From positions 19,873 through 83,872 of the forward strand of contig DJJW01000077.1 of the NCBI GenBank assembly GCA_002434335.1: 64,000 nucleotides of DNA, written 5' to 3'. This document shows positions 11,160 to 20,644 of this stretch, one piece after another. Position 1 is the stretch's first letter; every line of letters begins with the position of its first letter. The translations under genes and the position numbers were made by a program. Below the pieces are notes generated by a model. The model saw only the letters and a program-made list of their open reading frames with translations, did no database searches and was not told the DNA's origin. The DNA is from Lachnoclostridium sp. UBA6558 (lineage in GTDB: Bacteria > Bacillota > Clostridia > Lachnospirales > Lachnospiraceae).

Positions 11160-11612
11160 TTATTTGCTAATTTCAGTTCTATAATTTCCGCTGTCTTTTT
11201 CCTGGTGGATGCCAGAACGTCTGCATATATGTCCCCGCTGTGTCCCAATATCTGAATGCCCTAAGTGATCTGATACCACTTTAATATCTATACCACTATT
11301 TATAAAGAGAGTGGCATTGCAATGGCGCAGAGAATGAAGAGCAAGGAAGTCAAAAGCAGTACCCTTGATACGGTTCCGGAAAGAAGTATTTAGGCTGCTC
11401 CTGTCCTTATAGTTTCCGGTATCAGAGGTAAACACCATTTCAGGATGAATAAAGGTTTCTGATTGTGCTATTTGAAGCTCTAACTGATGCTTTTTATGTT
11501 CTCTTAACAGCTCTGAAATGGAATCACTCATAGAGATATAGCGACGGCTGCTTTTGCTTTTGGGAGTGGTAAGGAAGTGCTTACCACCTACATCTGATAG
11601 AGTATGAAACAC
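11160..11612 (-). pseudogene. Tyrosine recombinase/integrase, C-terminal fragment with frameshift
   Basis: TPKSKSSRR, HSLRH, VSDHLGHS motifs; the catalytic DIY segment (DIYADVLASTRKKTAEII) is in another frame; N-terminus absent. Confidence 0.9.
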
Positions 11613-11738
11613 AGGAAGAGCTTAAGACGGTGCTTACCCTTCTGGATCCGGTGATTAAAGACTGGAATAAGGCAACTAAGAAAACTGGCCAGTATAACAG
11701 GGTATACATAAAGACTAGAAGCAGGGAGGGACAGGCTA

Positions 11739-11846
11739 ATGCCAAACGAGGACTTTAAGCAATGCATAATAGAGCAGCTTAACCGGATACAGGATACAAA
11801 GATATTGAGAAGGATTTACCTGTTTATCCAGGCTATAACTTCATAG
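11739..11846 (+). CDS. 35-aa phage-like small protein
   Basis: GGGAGG RBS; MPNEDFKQCIIEQLNRIQDTKILRRIYLFIQAITS*; hairpin terminator at about 11856-11886. Confidence 0.5.
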   Translation: MPNEDFKQCIIEQLNRIQDTKILRRIYLFIQAITS

Positions 11847-11901
11847 GAAAAAGAGAAGGTACGTAACCGGTTGGCTGCGTACCTTTATGTTATGTAGAAA
11901 G

Positions 11902-12198
11902 TTAGTTCTCTTTTTGTTCAATGTCAACTTCTAAATCATCTAAGCGGCCTTCGGCTTCATCAATACGACTTTCTAAATCGTCTATCCTATCCTCAGCATC
12001 ATCAAAAATACCATTAATGACAGTACCGGCTGTTGAGCTATGAAACATAGCACTGCTGTTATTACCGAGGGTTAGCGAACCCAAAGAACATGATGAAATA
12101 GAAACGGTATTATTATCTGCCATTATAATATGATTTAGTTTTTCTTCAAGAAAATTTATTCGTTCTTCCAATTCCATAATTTTATTCGCAGAATCCAT
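11902..12198 (-). CDS. Hypothetical protein with acidic coiled-coil repeats
   Basis: GGAGG RBS; C-terminal heptads DAEDRIDDLESRIDEAEGRLDDLE. Confidence 0.65.
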   Translation of the reverse strand: MDSANKIMELEERINFLEEKLNHIIMADNNTVSISSCSLGSLTLGNNSSAMFHSSTAGTVINGIFDDAEDRIDDLESRIDEAEGRLDDLEVDIEQKEN

Positions 12199-12462
12199 AA
12201 GTGAACCTCCAATTTGTAATTAAACTATCATAATTATACAATATATTCCATGAAGTTATCAATGGTTTAATTTCTTGCATAGTACTGATATAAGTAATAT
12301 AATACAAATAAAATAAATAAACATTAAGTACCACAAAGCTTTAGGCAGTGGAAGTCTTATTTTAAGACGTGGGAATGATTGGAGATATGCTCCGGTTGTT
12401 CCTGGGTCTTTTTTATTTGTTCCTCCTTTCCTGTTTTGTATAGATGTTCAAAGCTCCTGGGC

Positions 12463-12778
12463 ATGAGTTTAAAAGACCTTTGCTCAAAACAGAGAGAGGA
12501 TAACTATTAATCAGTTTAATAATAAAGGAGACAGGAAAGACATTATTGATAACGGTCTGGCGGCATTACAGGCAAAGTGGAAGACTAACAGTGCCGGCAG
12601 ACTTTCAGATGCAGGGTACCAGATCGGGCTGGGGAATGTCATTAAGATAATTGAAGCCGGGGCTATCCATGACAGGGATGATATGCAGAATATCATTGAA
12701 ACCTACGAGGACGATTACAACGCTTTGGCCACATTTAAGAATATCCTTCCTAAGAGTGACAGGCTATGGATTTTGTAG
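12463..12778 (+). pseudogene. Frameshifted phage-like hypothetical gene remnant
   Basis: ATG 12463 frame stops early; a long open frame (RITINQFNNKGDRKDIIDNG...DRLWIL*) continues out of frame. Confidence 0.35.
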
Positions 12779-12986
12779 GACTTATCCCAGTTGATAACAG
12801 AGAGCAGAATAAGCAGCTCCTGGGACAGGTGAGAGATAATGTAGATCAGTACCATCATCAATTCTTATAGGATAGAAATTGCCACAAAGTCAAGTGATGC
12901 CTTCCAGGGAGCAAGTTCAATTGTTTTTGCAGTAGATGGAATGCAGGGTGCGTTGACCTCATTCTTTAGGAATGGGGGTGATGCCT

Positions 12987-13082
12987 ATGAAAAATCATAA
13001 TAATTTTGATTTTATGGATGTACTGACTTTTGGTATATTCCTTTTGGCATTACTTACATTCGTTTTTACGTTTTGTAAGTAG
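12987..13082 (+). CDS. Putative type I toxin, 31-aa single-TM peptide (not in ORF track)
   Basis: GGGGGTGA RBS; MKNHNNFDFMDVLTFGIFLLALLTFVFTFCK*. Confidence 0.75.
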   Translation: MKNHNNFDFMDVLTFGIFLLALLTFVFTFCK

Positions 13083-13089
13083 CTATACA

Positions 13090-13186
13090 TAGCAAAAACC
13101 ACCCTGGTATACTTGGCCGTTACTGGGTGGCTTTGCTTCTCATTTAATCGGTCAACCACCCTTATGGACGATTGTTCCTTTTCTTT
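13090..13186 (-). ncRNA. Putative cis-antisense antitoxin RNA
   Basis: Minus-strand promoter TTGACT-17-TATATT with TG (13221-13193); hairpin at 13091-13137 with a T-run on the minus strand. Confidence 0.6.
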
Positions 13187-13302
13187 AACCTCAATATAAC
13201 ATAGAGTTGGTATCAAGTCAAGATAATACAGAGTTGATATAAAGTAAGATTCTTGCTTTTTGACAATAAATATTCTTTGTGAAGATAGGAGTGAAAAATT
13301 CA

Positions 13303-13730
13303 ATGTTTGACGAAAAATTGAAACAGGTTATGTATGATTTGATAATTAGTCAAGCACAGTTAGTTGGCTTGACTGGAATCGGGAAGAGTTCCATAAGTCA
13401 GTATCTATCTGGTAAGAACATACCTACAGAAGCAAGGCAGCGTGATATAGCAGTATCACTTGGTGTTGACCCTGAATATTTCAGTGAAGAAAAAATAGTA
13501 GGAAAAACAGAAGAAAAAAAGATTATTAAAGGAATTAACGGTAGAATACCAAGGTTAGATGTGGTTAATGCAGCAAAATTGTTAGGCATGAATCACAATA
13601 GTGTCAGGATGGGACTTCAACAGGGGGGTTCCCTTGGGGGTATGCCGTTCATACATTAGAAAACAGATGGACTTACTTCATTAATGCAAAAAGATTTGCA
13701 GAAATTGAAGGGATAGATTTGGGATTTTAG
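13303..13730 (+). pseudogene. XRE/Cro HTH phage-type regulator, frameshifted near 13625
   Basis: HTH ISQAQLVGLTGIGKSSISQYLSGK; C-terminus FPWGYAVHTLENRWTYFINAKRFAEIEG continues in another frame after a G-run. Confidence 0.75.
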
Positions 13731-13820
13731 AATGAATTTATATAGAATTTAATAGTCATTCAAGCTTAATGAGTATTAATAAATAATACTCTTGTATTAA
13801 CAAATATTGGTATCTGCCTA

Positions 13821-14122
13821 TTGACAATATAAAATGATTTGATATAATCAACTGTAATAACATAAGAAAAGCAAAGACGGAAAAAAGTAATTTATTGGAA
13901 CCATACAGAGAGAGAAACATTTGGTGAAAGTTTTTCATGAGGGATAATAAATGAAAACCATTCCTGAGCTGTAATACTGAATTAAGTAAGTGTTACCGTA
14001 TGACTGCGTTAAAGTATAGGATTTGTTAGAATCTGAAGTGAAAAGTTAAGGTGGAACCGTGCATTAGAATTTATGCACCCTTAAATTAATGGTAATATGC
14101 CATTGATTTAAGGGTGCTTTTC
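13821..14122 (+). promoter_or_regulatory. Promoter and threonine T-box riboswitch
   Basis: TTGACA-16-TATAAT; stem I AGTA/AGAGA/GGTGAAA motifs; specifier ACC at 13957; T-box AAGGTGGAACCGTG at 14048; terminator follows. Confidence 0.9.
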
Positions 14123-14159
14123 TTATGTTGAAATTAATTAAATGTCGTAAAGGCATATT

Positions 14160-14588
14160 TTTGGAGCAGAGTATATTGGTGCTGATGGTGAAAGACATTG
14201 ACCTATTATGATCCATAGAACAGTTTTTGGATCGATAGAACGATTTATTGGAATATTAATAGAGCATTATGCAGGAAAGTTTCCTTTATGGCTGGCTCCT
14301 GTTCAAGTTAAAATCTTACCGATTTCTGACCGTTTTATTTCATATAGTAAAGAAGTGATAAATGTATTGAAAAAATTTGGTATTCGTTGTGAAATGGATT
14401 CTAGAGCAGAGAAAATTGGTTATAAGATTCGTGAAGCACAATTAGATAAAGTCCCATATATGATTGTTGTCGGACAGAAAGAAATGAAAAATGGGGTAGT
14501 GTCAGTTAGAAAAAGAGAGGTAGGAGATTTGGGTAGCATTGAAATAAGTGAATTTATCACTATATTAAAGAGTGAGTCGGAGGTTTGA
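14160..14588 (+). pseudogene. thrS: Threonyl-tRNA synthetase, C-terminal fragment (motif 3 and anticodon-binding domain)
   Basis: FGAEYIGADGERH*PIMIHRTVFGSIERFIGILIEHYAG...KIGYKIREAQ; in-frame TGA at 14199; most of the gene is missing. Confidence 0.9.
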
Positions 14589-14589
14589 A

Positions 14590-15168
14590 ATGAAGGCTAC
14601 AGTTGTATTGATTGCGGATGATGAAGTTGAAAACTACGGGAGAAAAATACTTCTTGAAGCTCATCGTATTGGGAAGGTAGGTTTTGAAATGACAAGATTA
14701 CCATTTCATGTATCTTTAAAGCAGCCATTCGTAGTACCAAGTCTTGAAGAAATCGAAGATTTTTTTGATGAGTTTATAGAAAATGTAAGTTCTATAGAAT
14801 TGAACTTTGAGGAATTAGTGGTATATCCTAATAATGCTATTGGTGGAGAACCATCTGGATGTTTAAGTATTAGAATTAGAAAAACGATAGAGCTTGACCA
14901 TATCCAAAAAGATTTATTCGCTAATTTAGAGAAAAGATTTGGTCCATGTCCAGCACCGTTTGATGATAATTATATTTTTCATATGACAGTAGCTATTGGT
15001 AAAGAACCCTATGAAAACTACGAAAAGGCATATGATATATTATGTAAAAATAACTATAATAGAAGTTTTAAATTCCATAAAATAGGACTGTTGTATTATG
15101 ACAATGATAATATTTTACCAGGTACTTATTTTTGTTATAAAACGGTTGAATTGAAACAATCAAAGTAA
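14590..15168 (+). CDS. 2H phosphoesterase / 2'-5' RNA ligase family protein
   Basis: Two HxS/T motifs: PFHVSLK and IFHMTVA. Confidence 0.8.
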   Translation: MKATVVLIADDEVENYGRKILLEAHRIGKVGFEMTRLPFHVSLKQPFVVPSLEEIEDFFDEFIENVSSIELNFEELVVYPNNAIGGEPSGCLSIRIRKTIELDHIQKDLFANLEKRFGPCPAPFDDNYIFHMTVAIGKEPYENYEKAYDILCKNNYNRSFKFHKIGLLYYDNDNILPGTYFCYKTVELKQSK

Positions 15169-15330
15169 ATATTATATTATTTGTTTGCGTAAAAAGAGAG
15201 ATTCTCTAGTAACAAAAAAGTAACTAACACTACCATCAAAGAATCCAGCACACATATGGTTCTACAGTTCTCAAACAGCTACTAAAGAGATAGTACAATG
15301 AACAACGTATTTCAATTCAAAAACGCATCA

Positions 15331-15364
15331 GAACCTCTCAAGACATTTGTCTTGGGAGGTTTTT
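15331..15364 (+). terminator. Terminator just beyond the right att-like repeat
   Basis: AACCTCTCAAGAC-loop-GTCTTGGGAGGTT-TTT. Confidence 0.75.
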
Positions 15365-15463
15365 GTATATTTTCTGTGTGAATTGTGATAGAATCTCAAT
15401 TGATATGTCTGATATATTTATAGATTAACAGATTGATAAAACTATTTTGGAGATGCAGTAAGA

Positions 15464-16486
15464 ATGGAACCATATTATTATAGTCAGATGAGCAAACCAC
15501 AGCAGAGAATTTATCAGGTCATTAAAAGCGGTCTGGAGTCTCTCTCACAGAGTTTTGATGTGCAAAGAATTGGCGGAACAGAGCTAAGTGATATTTTTTA
15601 CAGGTTAAGATTGGATTGCCCAGAAATATTTTATGCTTCAACATTTCGTTATTCTTTCTATAATGATTCTACGTTGATTAAAATAAAGCCGGTTTATTTA
15701 TTTGAAAAGAATAAGATCAAAGAGCATCAGCTGGCGATGAGAGCCCGGGTGGAGAAGCTTGCCCGGGTGGCAAAGGATAAAAGTGACTGGGAAAAGGAGC
15801 AATATATTCATGATTTTATCTGTGAAAATGTGACTTACGATAAGTTGAAGAAACAATATTCACATGAAATCCTAGGTCCATTGGGGCAGGGAGTAGGAGT
15901 GTGTGAGGGAATTGCGAAATCTGTGAAGATTCTTTGTGACCAGTTGTCCATTCCTTGTATCGTTGTTATTTCCGAAAATAACCCGGATAATAATATCAAA
16001 TATCGTCATGCTTGGAATGTAATTCAGATCAATGGCTCTTGGTATCATTTAGATGCTACTTTTGATAATTCGTTAGGGAAAAAAGAAGTAAGATATGATT
16101 ATTTTAATTTGGATGATAAGAGCATTTTCAAGGATCATGAGCCTGTAATATACAAAATTCCTGTGTGCAGCGAGGGTGAGCATTTTTACTATAAAGAGAA
16201 GAAGGTTTCTTTTACCAAGCAGGAAGATGTAGCAAGACGTTGCCAACAAGCAATAAAAAAAGGAAAAGTTCTAACCTTTCATTGGAGAGGTGGTTATCTC
16301 ACAAAAACGGTCATAGAGGAATTATTGCATAGCATAGCGGAGGCGGCTAAGGAAAAGAGCAGGCACTGCCAGGTTTCTGTAAACTGGCTGCAGGCAGTCA
16401 TTCGTGTGAAATTCATTCAGGAACAGATAGAGAATTCAGTAAAGATGGAAGATGCATACGAAGAGGAGAATGATACAGCACAGTAG
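15464..16486 (+). CDS. Transglutaminase-like domain protein
   Basis: Cys-His-Asp motifs GVCEGIAK, HAWNVI, WYHLDATFD. Confidence 0.88.
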   Translation: MEPYYYSQMSKPQQRIYQVIKSGLESLSQSFDVQRIGGTELSDIFYRLRLDCPEIFYASTFRYSFYNDSTLIKIKPVYLFEKNKIKEHQLAMRARVEKLARVAKDKSDWEKEQYIHDFICENVTYDKLKKQYSHEILGPLGQGVGVCEGIAKSVKILCDQLSIPCIVVISENNPDNNIKYRHAWNVIQINGSWYHLDATFDNSLGKKEVRYDYFNLDDKSIFKDHEPVIYKIPVCSEGEHFYYKEKKVSFTKQEDVARRCQQAIKKGKVLTFHWRGGYLTKTVIEELLHSIAEAAKEKSRHCQVSVNWLQAVIRVKFIQEQIENSVKMEDAYEEENDTAQ

Positions 16487-17009
16487 AAGCCGTACTGTAA
16501 TTTGCATAAGAGGGGTAAGTAGGTTATATGATTCTGAGAAATCTTAGCAGCAAGCCTGCAGTAAATATACACACTTAAGATCCCAGTGGAGCAATTAGAC
16601 GGTTTTACAGTTCCCATTCACCGTCAGAGAAATAATTATTATACAATAAAAATCTCAGTACAGAAATGTTCTGGGATTTTTTTTATGCACCAACAGAATA
16701 GGTGTAATGTATCTTTTAAGCTTCGTTGCTGATTTGGGTCGATTTTTGATACAAATTAACCCAATAAAACTTACAGGTATTTACAAAGGAGTACAAAAAT
16801 GTATATACTTAGTACGGAATACTGACAATCAATAGAAAGGATAGTGAGGTCAAATGATGATAGAGAAATTGTGACATTATGACCAGCAAATTAGATTTGG
16901 GCACTCCCACTCCATTAAGCTGTTCCAGAACATAATATTATATAACAATTACTGGCTGATTTTTAGCTGAACAAATGATATGTTTTTATTATGAAAGGGG
17001 TTAAAACAA

Positions 17010-18116
17010 ATGAGTAATAATTTGGATATTGCGCTGATTTCCATGCTGGGAATGGAAGAGTTCACAAGTAAAATTAAAATGTATTTAGAAGAAATTCATC
17101 CAAAAGGTAATTACGAAATGGTGGATGTGAATCTTTTAAGATTCTCAACGGGTGATGGGAAGGCCGTTTTAATGAATACGTTAAGAGGAAAAGATGTTTA
17201 TATCCTAATGGATGTGGGGAACTATAAATGTAACTATACGATGTATGGAAGAGAAGTAATTATGTCACCTGATGAGCATTTTCAAGACTTAAAGCGAATT
17301 GTTTCTGCGATAGGGGGGAAAGCCGATAGAATAAATATCATATCACCTATGCTATACAGTGCAAGGCAAGATCGAAGAATCTCAAGAGAGTCCCTGGATT
17401 GTGCAGTAGCTTTAAGAGAACTTGAGAATATTGGAATAAAAAATATTATGGTATTCGATGTTCATGATGATAGAGTACAGAATGCTGTTCCATTTATGGG
17501 ATTTGATAATTTAATGCCGATTTATCAGAACGTCAAGGCTCTGAAAAATGTGTATCCTGACATTATCTATGATGAAGAACATATGATGCTGATTAGTCCG
17601 GATTTTGGAGCAACCAATCGAAACCTTTTGTATGCAAACGAGTTAGGGCTTGAAATGGGGATATTTTATAAGAGAAGAAGTCGCCACAAATTAGTTGATG
17701 GAAAATATCCGATGGAAGTTCATCAATACATCGGCCCAGATATAAAGGGGAAAGATGTTTTGCTTGTGGATGATATTATTGCATCAGGTGATACAATGCT
17801 CGATGCGATTAAAAAGGCTAAGAAATATGGCGCAAAACGAACGTTTGTGGCAGCAACCTTTGGCTTGTTTACGGAAGGAGTGGAGAAATATACAAGTGCA
17901 TATAAGGAGGGGATTTTAGATGCTGTTTTTATAACCAATGGATCCTATCGGCGTGATGAGGTAATTAGAGCTCCATGGTACAATGAAGTCGATATAACGA
18001 AATATGTGGCTTATTACATTTTCTGTGTAAATACTGGTAAATCTATTTCTGCTATTATGGATCCTCATGAGAAAATTAGTAAATTATTTGAGCATAAAGT
18101 TCTTGCATTCAAGTAA
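17010..18116 (+). CDS. prs: Ribose-phosphate pyrophosphokinase (long clostridial type)
   Basis: RFSTGDG, ARQDRR, ISPDFG, LLVDDIIASGDT. Confidence 0.9.
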   Translation: MSNNLDIALISMLGMEEFTSKIKMYLEEIHPKGNYEMVDVNLLRFSTGDGKAVLMNTLRGKDVYILMDVGNYKCNYTMYGREVIMSPDEHFQDLKRIVSAIGGKADRINIISPMLYSARQDRRISRESLDCAVALRELENIGIKNIMVFDVHDDRVQNAVPFMGFDNLMPIYQNVKALKNVYPDIIYDEEHMMLISPDFGATNRNLLYANELGLEMGIFYKRRSRHKLVDGKYPMEVHQYIGPDIKGKDVLLVDDIIASGDTMLDAIKKAKKYGAKRTFVAATFGLFTEGVEKYTSAYKEGILDAVFITNGSYRRDEVIRAPWYNEVDITKYVAYYIFCVNTGKSISAIMDPHEKISKLFEHKVLAFK

Positions 18117-18284
18117 TACCGAAAGATATTAAGGACTTAGTGCCATATGTGTTAGGGGAATGTAGCATTTATATTACTTGATGTATTTATTATTGTAGTG
18201 ATATTTGAGGTTATCCGAAAGAGATATAGTTCCAGTCTGTATGAAGGGAGAAGTTTACGTAAGATTTTCAATAAGGAGGTCATT

Positions 18285-19391
18285 ATGGAGATTATATGGG
18301 GAGTGTATGCAATTGTTTTGTCAGTTACAATTTTGAAATTGCGTTCAGAAATTCGTAAGGTTTTCCAACAAAAAAAGGCTAAAGCTAAAATTACCACAGA
18401 GACTACAACTGAACTGGCTAAGAGCGCATCTGTGGAATCAAAGAGTCAGACAACGTTAAATACACAAAAGGAACAGCAAAGAGATAAAGTTGATAACGAG
18501 GACAATACAAAAATAAATCGTAATGTAATAGTAAAATCTCCAGAGGAATCTGCAAAACTTGCTTATGAGGAGCTTATTTCTGAAACCAAAACACCTTATC
18601 TTGAAATTCGCTTGGAAGATACGTTTCCTGGTATTTTTGAAAGTAAGGTTGGAGGGCTTCCATATTTACCAAAGAACGCAGAGATTCCGCTGGATAGTAA
18701 GGGAAAGCCAATGAAATTACTTGCTCAGATTGATTGTAAGGATTTAAAAGAACTTTCAGAGCATCCTCATGAGGGAATACTTCAATTCTGGCTTACGACA
18801 GTGTGGCCTTGGGAAGATTTTAAGGTCATCTACCATAAAGAAATAAATAGAACCCTTATGAAAGAAGAGGTATTAATAAAACTTTCTGACTACATACAAG
18901 AGGAAAAAGACTGTTCACCTGTTAAAGGGGAATATGGCATGAAATTTTCTCTAAAAGAAGAATCTATGAGTAGAGAGGATAACAGGCTTAAGGCTTTATT
19001 TTGCCAGTTCTATAATAAATATTCAGGTGATGATATTGTAGAGCCGGAAGATGCAGGAGAAGGTAAATTCGGAATGGTGGTATACGATATATTTGAGGAA
19101 TACTGCGAGAATGCCTATGGAATGGGACATAAGATTGGAGGATATAAGGGAGCAGCACAGCTTACAGAGTATTACCAGAGCAGTACTCCCATTGATGTCA
19201 AATCAGATGAAAGCTCTGTGTTGCTTTTTCAGCTTGACAGTGATTATGCAATGGTCAATTTTGAGACCCGTAAACACGATTGGATTAAGGTTATGTGGGG
19301 AGATTCTGGTGTTGGAAATTTCTCGATTAAGCGAAGAGATCTGAAAAATTGCGATTTTAGTAATGTGTTTTTTCAATGGGATTGTTCGTAG
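18285..19391 (+). CDS. YwqG/DUF1963 family protein with N-terminal membrane anchor
   Basis: SKVGGLPY, GHKIGGY, LLFQLDSD, MWGDSGVGNF, DFSNVFFQWDC; GGAGGT RBS before ATG 18285. Confidence 0.85.
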   Translation: MEIIWGVYAIVLSVTILKLRSEIRKVFQQKKAKAKITTETTTELAKSASVESKSQTTLNTQKEQQRDKVDNEDNTKINRNVIVKSPEESAKLAYEELISETKTPYLEIRLEDTFPGIFESKVGGLPYLPKNAEIPLDSKGKPMKLLAQIDCKDLKELSEHPHEGILQFWLTTVWPWEDFKVIYHKEINRTLMKEEVLIKLSDYIQEEKDCSPVKGEYGMKFSLKEESMSREDNRLKALFCQFYNKYSGDDIVEPEDAGEGKFGMVVYDIFEEYCENAYGMGHKIGGYKGAAQLTEYYQSSTPIDVKSDESSVLLFQLDSDYAMVNFETRKHDWIKVMWGDSGVGNFSIKRRDLKNCDFSNVFFQWDCS

Positions 19392-19533
19392 AGCATTTAT
19401 TCAAAACGGATCAAGCGCACTCTCCATTTTTCCATTTAAGCCGAATTAACACGAAAGGCCAGGAGAAATCTGATGCTTTCTCCTGGCCTGAAATATTCTA
19501 GAAACTGCATCTCAGTTCAAACTTTGCTGTTTA

Positions 19534-20535
19534 TTACAATTTAGCCAGATATTTAGCAGTACGAATCATCTGACTGGTAAAGGAATTCTCATTATCATAC
19601 CAGGCAGCAATCTTAACCAGGGTATCCTCCCCCAGAGCTGTAACCTTTGTCTGTGTTGCATCAAACAGCCCGCCGTATGTCATACCGATAATATCAGAAG
19701 ATACCAGTTCCTCCTCTGTATATCCATATTGCTCAGAACGGGATTGCTTCATTTTCTCATTGACCTGTGCTGCAGTTACTGAGCCGCTTACAACAACTGT
19801 TAATTCAGTTAAGGAGCCGGTCATAACCGGTACTCTCTGAGAGGTTCCATCCAGCTTACCGTCTAAGGAAGGGATAACCAGACCGATTGCTTTGGCAGCT
19901 CCCGTTGAAGTTGGAATAATATTGCTTGCAGCCGTACGTGCCCTGCGCAGGTCTCCTTTGGCATGTGGGGCATCCAGTGTATTCTGATCGTTGGTATAAG
20001 CATGTATGGTAGTCATAAAGCCTTTTCTTACAGGTGCCAGCTCATTTAAGAAATACACCATGGGAGCAAGACAATTGGTGGTACAGGAAGCAGCTGATAC
20101 AATAACATCCTCTTTCGTTAAAGTATGCTCATTGACACCATAAACAATGGTTGGCAGATCACTTCCGGCAGCAGTAGAGATCAATACTTTCTTTGCTCCT
20201 GCATGGATATGAGCCTGGGAGCCTTTTTTGGAGGCAAAGAAGCCGGTACATTCTAATACCACATCAATATTGTGCTCTTTCCAGGGAAGGTTTGCCGGAT
20301 CTTTTTCTGCATAGATTGGTATCGTAACACCATTTACGATTAAACTGTTCTCCGTATAAGAAACCTCTTTGTCATAGCGCCCTTGTGAAGTATCATATTT
20401 TAACAGGTGTGCTAGCATCTTAGGGCTTGTCAGGTCGTTGATCGCTGCAATCCGATATCCTTCTGTGCCAAAAAGCTGTCTGAAGGCAAGCCTTCCTATT
20501 CTTCCAAATCCGTTTATTGCAATGTTATTTCCCAT
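19534..20535 (-). CDS. gap: Glyceraldehyde-3-phosphate dehydrogenase, type I (stand-alone copy)
   Basis: [23 protein letters not shown]. Confidence 0.97.
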   Translation of the reverse strand: MGNNIAINGFGRIGRLAFRQLFGTEGYRIAAINDLTSPKMLAHLLKYDTSQGRYDKEVSYTENSLIVNGVTIPIYAEKDPANLPWKEHNIDVVLECTGFFASKKGSQAHIHAGAKKVLISTAAGSDLPTIVYGVNEHTLTKEDVIVSAASCTTNCLAPMVYFLNELAPVRKGFMTTIHAYTNDQNTLDAPHAKGDLRRARTAASNIIPTSTGAAKAIGLVIPSLDGKLDGTSQRVPVMTGSLTELTVVVSGSVTAAQVNEKMKQSRSEQYGYTEEELVSSDIIGMTYGGLFDATQTKVTALGEDTLVKIAAWYDNENSFTSQMIRTAKYLAKL

Positions 20536-20644
20536 AACATCCACCTTTCTTTCTTTATTTTACAACCTTATTATATTGCTTGCGGTTATGTGGTACAATG
20601 TTATAAATGTAGCTTTTAACTATACTATCTGTCAGGAGAGAAGC

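Larger units (their letters stand above)
11048..15291. mobile_element. Decayed integrative element (prophage/satellite/IME remnant) at the 3' end of rpsI
   Basis: CAGTTCTCAAA at 11048-11058 repeated at 15265-15275, followed shortly by AAAGAGATA; integrase remnant, phage-like small ORFs and pseudogenes inside. Confidence 0.75.

Noticed and set aside
11160..11612. Functional integrase / active mobile element
   Set aside because: N-terminus missing, catalytic Tyr out of frame, and right att-like repeat interrupted
12995..13303. 102-aa minus-strand ORF
   Set aside because: No RBS or family motif; lies antisense to the toxin ORF and across the antisense promoter
14199..14201. TGA in thrS as a recoding/selenocysteine site
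   Set aside because: The position corresponds to a usual Arg (RPxMIHR) and the gene lacks its 5' part anyway; a simple nonsense mutation is more likely
16490..17009. Riboswitch upstream of prs
   Set aside because: No recognisable purine, PRPP/ykkC or ZTP consensus seen by eye; would need an Rfam scan
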